From the IMG/VR virus record IMGVR_UViG_3300037400_006466, positions 32,001 through 96,000 of that record: 64,000 nt of DNA; one strand, given 5' to 3'. The number at the start of each line of letters is the position of its first letter. The stretch's first letter is position 1. Made by a program: the position numbers and the translations under genes. The notes under the pieces are model-generated. The model was not told where the DNA came from. It made no database searches and worked only from the letters and a program-made list of their open reading frames with translations. The DNA comes from a virus. Lineage: Duplodnaviria > Heunggongvirae > Uroviricota > Caudoviricetes. Shown in pieces: positions 58,027 through 64,000 of the stretch.

Positions 58027-58854
58027 ATGAGTTCATGGAAAAACGAATCTGTTGAATACAGAAACAGACTGTGTGAGAGATATGGTGTCATAGAGGAGAA
58101 GTTTGATAAACAGGCTTTCAATGAAGACCCTATCGCATATTTTGAATCAATAAATTATGAGCTTCATGGTACAGAATGGATTTCTGCCATGTGGAATCTT
58201 CTGAAGTTGGCTAAAACTGATAGTAGTCTTGTTAAAAAGCAACTTGGACCCAACGGACAGAAGGTAGCTCAGATTCTGAAGAAAATAGTGGATAAGAATC
58301 CTACCCTTAAGGCTTTGGTTACAGAAAAGCAGAAGTCTATGACTCCTGAAATAGAAGCCTCCTCAGATAAGATTCTTATGGCTGAGGGCTCTTCCCTTTT
58401 GAAGAAGTATGACAGATTACTTGATGGTAATGTCTTAAATGAAGGATTCAAGGATTGGTGGGGCAAAAAATCCACTAAAGCTAAAGTACTTATTATTGCA
58501 GGCATTATTGCTGCAATCTTGATAATCGCAGGTATCATCTATTATGTCACTACTAAGGACTCAGCTGGTGCTCAGGCTATGACTCAAACTGCTTCAAGTG
58601 TTGTAGGGAATGCATCACAAACAGCACAAGAAGTCTCAGAGGTAGCAACAAAGGCTCTTTCTAATAAGGAAGTTTCTCTTACAGGAAAGCTTGCTTATTA
58701 TATTCTTAAAAATCCAGAACTTAAGTCACAATGGGTTCAAAAAGCAGGTGCAGAAGCTAGTAATACTCAATCTTTAACACAATATATTCTTAATATGTGT
58801 AAACAAGGATGGAATATTGTAAAGTATGCAACTGACATTGGAATGAATGTTTGA
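58027..58854 (+). CDS. Hypothetical membrane protein with protease-type leader
   Basis: MSSWKNES...RLCE and NVLNE linkers, then a single TM helix VLIIAGIIAAILIIAGIIYYV. Confidence 0.7.
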   Translation: MSSWKNESVEYRNRLCERYGVIEEKFDKQAFNEDPIAYFESINYELHGTEWISAMWNLLKLAKTDSSLVKKQLGPNGQKVAQILKKIVDKNPTLKALVTEKQKSMTPEIEASSDKILMAEGSSLLKKYDRLLDGNVLNEGFKDWWGKKSTKAKVLIIAGIIAAILIIAGIIYYVTTKDSAGAQAMTQTASSVVGNASQTAQEVSEVATKALSNKEVSLTGKLAYYILKNPELKSQWVQKAGAEASNTQSLTQYILNMCKQGWNIVKYATDIGMNV

Positions 58855-58861
58855 GAATTAG

Positions 58862-58903
58862 AAAAAAAAACAAAACCCCTCGATTTCGAGGGGTTTAATT
58901 TTT
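58862..58903. terminator. Bidirectional terminator
   Basis: AAACCCCTCG-ATTT-CGAGGGGTTT. Confidence 0.8.
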
Positions 58904-58916
58904 AGTAATCAGAAAA

Positions 58917-59129
58917 TTACTCTTCTTCCTTGTCCATTACACTTGGGAAGAAAGGCTGGTCTGTCTCAGCCTGCTTGAAGAAAGTCTGTCTGTAAGTTCC
59001 CATGGCCTTGCAGGGCTTTGTCATAGGAACAAAGAATTCAGCTTCAAGTTCCTCAGCTTTGGCCTGAAGGTCCTCAATGCTGTCAGCAAAGATTTCTTTT
59101 CTCTCAGGATATGTATAAACCTGTGTCAT
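58917..59129 (-). CDS. Small hypothetical protein, paralogue of 59201-59566
   Basis: AAGGGGG RBS; alignable by eye with its neighbour. Confidence 0.7.
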   Translation of the reverse strand: MTQVYTYPERKEIFADSIEDLQAKAEELEAEFFVPMTKPCKAMGTYRQTFFKQAETDQPFFPSVMDKEEE

Positions 59130-59200
59130 TTATTTCCCCCTTAAAAGATGAGGAGGCACAAGCCTCCCCATAATCGGTTAAGAATTAGAACTGGTTAAAC

Positions 59201-59566
59201 TCAGTCGTGGACAACTGTGTCAAAATCAGCAGGCTTGGGGTCTCCTTCCTTAACATAGCCTTCCTGACCCTCTGTAAGTCCCTTAGCTGTGTTGTAGGCA
59301 GCAGCCTCTGCAGCAGTCAGAGTAGCAGCTTCCTGCTGGTCATCACCGCCAGCACCTTCACCCTCCTCAGCTTCAGCAATGAGGCAAGCAGGAGTCTCTG
59401 GCTTCTTGTAGAAATCAGCAGTAAGGATACCGGTAGCCTTGACAGGCTTTCCTACAGCTTCAAAACCAGCTTCTTTGAGGGCTGCAATAGCTTCCTCAAA
59501 CTTCTCAAAATCCTCAGCATCACACTTGATTGTAACTGTCTGAGGGAAAGTAGTTGTGTTAATCAT
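59201..59566 (-). CDS. Small putative abundant late (virion) protein
   Basis: AAGGAG RBS, ACTAATT at 59611-59617, strongly biased codons. Confidence 0.7.
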   Translation of the reverse strand: MINTTTFPQTVTIKCDAEDFEKFEEAIAALKEAGFEAVGKPVKATGILTADFYKKPETPACLIAEAEEGEGAGGDDQQEAATLTAAEAAAYNTAKGLTEGQEGYVKEGDPKPADFDTVVHD

Positions 59567-59669
59567 GTTATAAGCTCCTTAACATATTTTTTTTTAGATT
59601 AATCCTGTATAATTAGTGTAAATTAAAGGTTAAGATGATTGATACATCATACGGACTAATTCTTATTGA

Positions 59670-59978
59670 ATGACTTCACAACGTAAGAAGACAAAGTTCA
59701 GACAGTCTTACAAATGGAAAAGACTGAGGAACAAGTTGAAAGATGAACGGAAGTATGATGAGATTACTGGTGAGGAACTCTATCCAGGATGGAGTCTGCA
59801 TCATGTGGATATGAATGAGGCTCATTATACCAATATATCAAATGAGAATAATTTCATGTGTCTTAACAGACAGACCCATGAATTCCTTCATTGGCTTTTA
59901 AGGCATTACAGAAAGAATCCTGATATATTGGACAGACTGAAGGATATCTGTGAGCATCACCAAGAGGTGAATAAATAA
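59670..59978 (+). CDS. Small HNH endonuclease
   Basis: 'LHHVD...NFMCLNRQTHEFLH'. Confidence 0.75.
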   Translation: MTSQRKKTKFRQSYKWKRLRNKLKDERKYDEITGEELYPGWSLHHVDMNEAHYTNISNENNFMCLNRQTHEFLHWLLRHYRKNPDILDRLKDICEHHQEVNK

Positions 59979-60007
59979 CCCCGCATTTCTGCGGGGTATT
60001 TCTTTTG
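59978..60007. terminator. Terminator between convergent genes
   Basis: ACCCCGCA-TTTC-TGCGGGGT. Confidence 0.75.
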
Positions 60008-60017
60008 GAGATACCAA

Positions 60018-61097
60018 TCAATCATTGGTGTCTGTTTCATCCCATGCACCAGAGGCAATCTCCTCATCAGAAAGTTCCTGCTCTCCGGTATCAAGGATAT
60101 TGTGTCCTGAGATTATTGCATTGACCTGCTTTTTGACTTCCTCATACATCTGTGGGTTATCATGAAGCCATGTCTTGACTGCTTCAAGTCCACAGACCTT
60201 GACTCCGACCTCACCTGTTGTGTCATTAATCCAAGTATCATTGGAATAGTAGGCACCCTTCTGTGTGAGAAGTCCTAGGACTTTGAGGTAGTCGATATAC
60301 TCATCATCAGAGCTGATTCCTCCCTTGAAGTAGAGCTTGAGGTTGGCATCTCTCTTGGCTATACCTACCTTGTTCTTGGTGTTCCTTACACGGATATCAA
60401 GACCGATAAGTTCCTTTGTCTTGGGGTCAAGGATATCACCTGTTCTTGTGACTCTTGCAGACCAAGATGAATAGAAAGCAGGTGCTCTACCACCAGTTCC
60501 CTTGAAATCGGGGCCATAGGTGGCTCCCATATTCACTCTTTCCTGTGAGAGAATGACAAGGGTGCATTTGTTGTTGTAGAGATATGGAATGACCATTCTC
60601 AGTCCAGCGGCAATTACAGCGGCTGTCTTACCACCAGAGAACCCTGAGAAAGCATCCTCAACTGCTGCCTTTGAGGCCATTGAGGTGATTGAGTCAATCA
60701 CTATGATTCCCACCTCACCTGATTCAGCCAAATCTCTGATAACATTGAATCCGTCCTCAGCACAAAGCGGTCTGAGTATCTGGAATCCCTCATCTACATT
60801 GAGTCCCATCTCCTCAGCATGAGAGGTGTCGAAGGTGTGCTCATAATCAAGGAAGATGGCCGCCTTTCCTGCCTTCTGTGTCTGCATACACAGATATGTG
60901 GCAAGGGTTGTCTTACCACCGGACTCAGGTCCCTGCAGATAGAGGATTCTTCCCTCTGGCATACCACCACCGAAAGCATAGTTGAGTCCTGGAGATTCAA
61001 GGACAAGTCTTTCAATGACTCCTGCCTCTCTTGCACTCTTGATTTCAATCTTGTAATCTTTACCGATTTTCTCAAAAATCTTGTCTAATTTGCTCAT
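60018..61097 (-). CDS. recA: RecA/UvsX recombinase
   Basis: GGGMPEGRI, GPESGGKTT, IIVIDS, TGGRA..FYS, KNKV. Confidence 0.95.
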   Translation of the reverse strand: MSKLDKIFEKIGKDYKIEIKSAREAGVIERLVLESPGLNYAFGGGMPEGRILYLQGPESGGKTTLATYLCMQTQKAGKAAIFLDYEHTFDTSHAEEMGLNVDEGFQILRPLCAEDGFNVIRDLAESGEVGIIVIDSITSMASKAAVEDAFSGFSGGKTAAVIAAGLRMVIPYLYNNKCTLVILSQERVNMGATYGPDFKGTGGRAPAFYSSWSARVTRTGDILDPKTKELIGLDIRVRNTKNKVGIAKRDANLKLYFKGGISSDDEYIDYLKVLGLLTQKGAYYSNDTWINDTTGEVGVKVCGLEAVKTWLHDNPQMYEEVKKQVNAIISGHNILDTGEQELSDEEIASGAWDETDTND

Positions 61098-61115
61098 ATA
61101 TAATTCCTTTATATA

Positions 61116-62300
61116 TTATACTGTTCTTCTCATAATAGGCTGTGGTTCAGATTCCTGAATCCTTTGAACTTCTCTGGTCTGAGTAGGGGTGACCTGTGTT
61201 GTTCCTGGCTTGAAGCTGACATCCTGATAGTAACATGAGATTGCTCCAAGAAGGTCTGAGGTCCTCACAAAGGGCTTGCAGAGCTGAGGATGGAGTGTGA
61301 GACAGTAGAACAGGCTCTCAAGGTTAGGACAGCTGGCTATTGACTTCAATCTTTCCTCATGTCCGTCATCGCAGGCCACTCTGGTCACCTTGTATATCAT
61401 GGCCTCTGACAGCATCACATATGAGTAATTGAGGAAATGATCTACCTCATCACCAGTCTTGAGCCATATGAGCTTCCTAAGGATTGTCTCATCCTTTGTC
61501 TTGGCGAGAAGTCCGTCAAGGACCTGCCATAAGGCTGCATCATCAAGGACCTGGAGAAGGTCAGATATCTCATTGGATGTCCAGGCCTCGCTCATGAGAC
61601 ATTTCTCAAGATACTGGACTGCGCTTCTCATTGAACCCAAGGAGGCCTCTGCGATTGTCTTGAGTCCTTCAAGGAAGAATGACTGAGGAATCTTGTCTGA
61701 ACCCCACAGTCCTTCCTTTTCAAGGATATCCTTGAGGCCCATCATTATAGGCATGATATCCAGTGAGTTTATCTTGTATGTCTGACATCTTGACTTGATT
61801 GCCGCAGGGATTCCCTTCTTGTCCAACATGGACAGCAGTATGAAGTGATTCCACGGATGAGGGTCCTCAAGTGTCTTAAGAAGGGCATTGATTGATGCTC
61901 CTGAGAGCTGGTCACACTCCTCGATTATTATCACTCTTTCTTTGGTGTAGAGGGGTCTCTTGTTAAGGTCAGCCAGAATCTCCACCATGTCGTTCTTTCC
62001 AGAGAACAGTCCTCCGTCAAGTCTTATGACACTTCCTGTGAAGGTCTCATCAAGGATGGCCTTGCATTCTGGATTGCTCCAGTCAGGATTTCCATCTTTG
62101 TCATGAGCCATTATGGCTGCTGCATATATCTGTGCGAGTGTGGTCTTACCACATCCATAAGGTCCTTCAAGGATTATTGCCTTTCCGTAGTTGTTCTCAA
62201 GGATTCTTTTCCTGAGGGCTTTCACTGTTTTGTCTTGCCCTCTCACATCCTCCCATGTCTTGGGACGGTACTTTATTGAATATTGATTGGTTATCTCCAT
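61116..62300 (-). CDS. dnaX: Clamp loader, DNA polymerase III gamma/tau-like
   Basis: KYRPKTW.DV.GQ, GPYGCGKTT, IIEECD, NALLKTLED, IKSRC, GSMR. Confidence 0.88.
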   Translation of the reverse strand: MEITNQYSIKYRPKTWEDVRGQDKTVKALRKRILENNYGKAIILEGPYGCGKTTLAQIYAAAIMAHDKDGNPDWSNPECKAILDETFTGSVIRLDGGLFSGKNDMVEILADLNKRPLYTKERVIIIEECDQLSGASINALLKTLEDPHPWNHFILLSMLDKKGIPAAIKSRCQTYKINSLDIMPIMMGLKDILEKEGLWGSDKIPQSFFLEGLKTIAEASLGSMRSAVQYLEKCLMSEAWTSNEISDLLQVLDDAALWQVLDGLLAKTKDETILRKLIWLKTGDEVDHFLNYSYVMLSEAMIYKVTRVACDDGHEERLKSIASCPNLESLFYCLTLHPQLCKPFVRTSDLLGAISCYYQDVSFKPGTTQVTPTQTREVQRIQESEPQPIMRRTV

Positions 62301-62336
62301 ACACTTAATATAAACTAAGAATTGACTAATTCACTT

Positions 62337-63122
62337 ATGACCAATATTATATATGATGTATTTTTGAAAAAGTTTTTTGAAGGTGCTGATAAAATAGATT
62401 TAACTATTTCTAATACTCTTAAGATTGCTCTATTGAAATCTTCTTATGTACCAGTTGCTAATGGAAAAATAACTTATTATCAGTTAGCTTCAGCAGATAA
62501 GGAATGCAAAGATTGCTATGATATTTACGATGATAATCCATCAAAAGGATATAAAAAAGGCGGAAAACCTATAACTCTTAAGAAAAGGGAAAGGGAGTTA
62601 GATACAGAAGAGACAGGTAAAACATCCTTTTATTGTGATGAATCCGTTTATTGGAGTAGCGTAAGTCTTTATGGAGAGAATGCCGTAGGAAGTGCCCTTA
62701 TATATAGAGTATCAGACGGACTCCCTATCTGTTGCTTCAAATTCGATATTCCTAAGGAAGTGGGTAATGAAACCAGTCAGGATAATCTTGAATTAAGATG
62801 GGATTTTATAGATATAATGTCTATACAGACAGATATTCCTATAATTAAGGGTCTTGATAGTGAACTGGATGAAAATAGTGAAAATCCGGTTCAGAATAGC
62901 ACTATAACAAGAGCTCTAAATGGAAAGATAAGTAGACTCTATGATGTAATTGAAAAATATGGAATCAGACTCAATGGGGAGTTCACTCCTACTGAAGATG
63001 ATGATAATCCAGACGGAGATACCGGATTATCAGAAAACAATGTTGATGCTCTCAATAGAATTGATGATACCTTTATAGATTCTTTTTTTCCAAATGGTGA
63101 TGCAGGGGATGACAATACATGA
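62337..63122 (+). CDS. Putative tail/baseplate-associated structural protein
   Basis: 'IDL...TLKIALLKSSYVP...GY..GG' and 'LDENSENPVQN..IT.AL' motifs seen in phage tail proteins; ACTAATT 5 nt before ATG. Confidence 0.5.
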   Translation: MTNIIYDVFLKKFFEGADKIDLTISNTLKIALLKSSYVPVANGKITYYQLASADKECKDCYDIYDDNPSKGYKKGGKPITLKKRERELDTEETGKTSFYCDESVYWSSVSLYGENAVGSALIYRVSDGLPICCFKFDIPKEVGNETSQDNLELRWDFIDIMSIQTDIPIIKGLDSELDENSENPVQNSTITRALNGKISRLYDVIEKYGIRLNGEFTPTEDDDNPDGDTGLSENNVDALNRIDDTFIDSFFPNGDAGDDNT

Positions 63123-63772
63123 TAATAGATATGCATACTGCCTATAGTTATGTTTCTAAAACTGAGCTTGCTAATATAGAAGCAGTAATACATAAGAACT
63201 CCTCTCAATTAGAAGGTGATAGTGATAGGATATATAGAAGGACTGATTTTCAGGCAAGACTTGGAAGGAAGCTTGATAACATAAGGAAAAGAGTCCTTGA
63301 CAACAACATCAGGCTGTCCGCTCATCCCACAGATATGCTCAGAATAGCAGTACAGAGGGATGACCGTTCCCATGACCTCATTTCAAGGACAATAGAATCC
63401 ACTGAGATAATGCCCATAATCCTTCCCAAGATGGAGGATATACCTTTAAGACATCTTATAAGGGAGGGTAAGGATATCCTCATTCCATCCATGTATCCTA
63501 TTCAGCAAGAAGAATACTTTGAGGTGTATGCTCCTGTCCAATGTGATTTACATGAGGATGACCTTTTGGTGAGGATTCTCTATGATTCCTCTCCTGACAT
63601 AAACAATCCTTATGTTATGGTATTTCAAGTAAAAGATATTTTAGGTACATTTTCTTATTCTTCTCTTCTTCATAAGAAATGTGTTTGTACCCTATATGAT
63701 GAGGCATTACCCCCAAGGATTGTTCAATTAATAAAAGCTTCTATACTCAAAAGAGAAGCATTAGATTGGTAA
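63119..63772 (+). CDS. Putative head-closure/neck (gp14-like) or other structural protein
   Basis: Coupled to the upstream late gene; beta-rich 'DLHEDDLLVRI...YVMVFQVKDI' pattern. Confidence 0.35.
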   Translation: MIIDMHTAYSYVSKTELANIEAVIHKNSSQLEGDSDRIYRRTDFQARLGRKLDNIRKRVLDNNIRLSAHPTDMLRIAVQRDDRSHDLISRTIESTEIMPIILPKMEDIPLRHLIREGKDILIPSMYPIQQEEYFEVYAPVQCDLHEDDLLVRILYDSSPDINNPYVMVFQVKDILGTFSYSSLLHKKCVCTLYDEALPPRIVQLIKASILKREALDW

Positions 63773-63773
63773 A

Positions 63774-64000
63774 TTATATTCTTCCTTTCTTATATCCTTC
63801 AGGGCACTCTTTAAGTAATACATTTTTTATACCATCATTATACCAATGATATCCCTTATTAGTTTTATTATTAGGGCACTTTTTACCTTTATTCCAAGGA
63901 GTTATGCCTTTTAACTTTTGACTTATTTTTTCTTTAGTATCTTCTGATAGGTGTTTACCGTAATTATAATTATTTTCACCTTTTTTAATTTCACTTAAGT
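63774..64000 (-). CDS. C-terminus of a NUMOD3/WYNDG-repeat homing endonuclease (runs in from the right edge)
   Basis: ...KKGENNYNYGKHLSEDTKEKISQKLKGITPWNKG...WYNDGIKNVLLKECPEGYKKGRI*. Confidence 0.75.
   Translation of the reverse strand, partial: LSEIKKGENNYNYGKHLSEDTKEKISQKLKGITPWNKGKKCPNNKTNKGYHWYNDGIKNVLLKECPEGYKKGRI

Noticed and set aside
1-64000. CRISPR array, tRNA/rRNA genes, reverse transcriptase/DGR, stop-codon reassignment
   Set aside because: No regularly spaced repeats, cloverleafs or RT motifs were seen by eye, and long conserved genes are intact in the standard code. tRNAscan and CRISPR tools were not run.

Overview
This window is a 64-kb segment of a large, probably jumbo, lytic myovirus with a T4-like head/packaging module, read in the standard genetic code. 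Head, packaging and tail genes are scattered across it: terminase, portal, fused prohead protease-scaffold, major capsid protein (MCP), tail sheath, neck and tail fibre. It carries bacterial-style replication genes (primase, clamp-like, DnaX-like loader, RecA, RecU, SbcD, 5'-3' exonuclease, gp32-like SSB), two sigma-like factors, free-standing homing endonucleases and a MetK plus methyltransferase array. Main observations: (1) The MCP gene is split by a 1217-nt group I intron (41306-42522) whose P1/P10 pairings and in-frame splice product can be read directly from the sequence. (2) Many late proteins look like polyproteins of unrelated small modules joined by 'ES-(K/R-rich)-[LIMV]xE' linkers that resemble T4 prohead-protease sites. 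Several small genes share an N-terminal 'MKK.WK..N..L.E' leader. Together these suggest a virion-packaged, protease-released cargo system. (3) A three-tier promoter code (sigma70-type, TTATATTA, ACTAATT) matches the positions of the two phage sigma genes, and many transcripts appear leaderless. (4) The MTase array has a shared 'SLWF' C-terminus, a catalytically degenerate paralogue and an embedded putative endonuclease. (5) An HD-phosphohydrolase/ligase/nuclease polyprotein is coupled to a nucleotidyltransferase. All family calls come from motif recognition by eye; no database searches were run.
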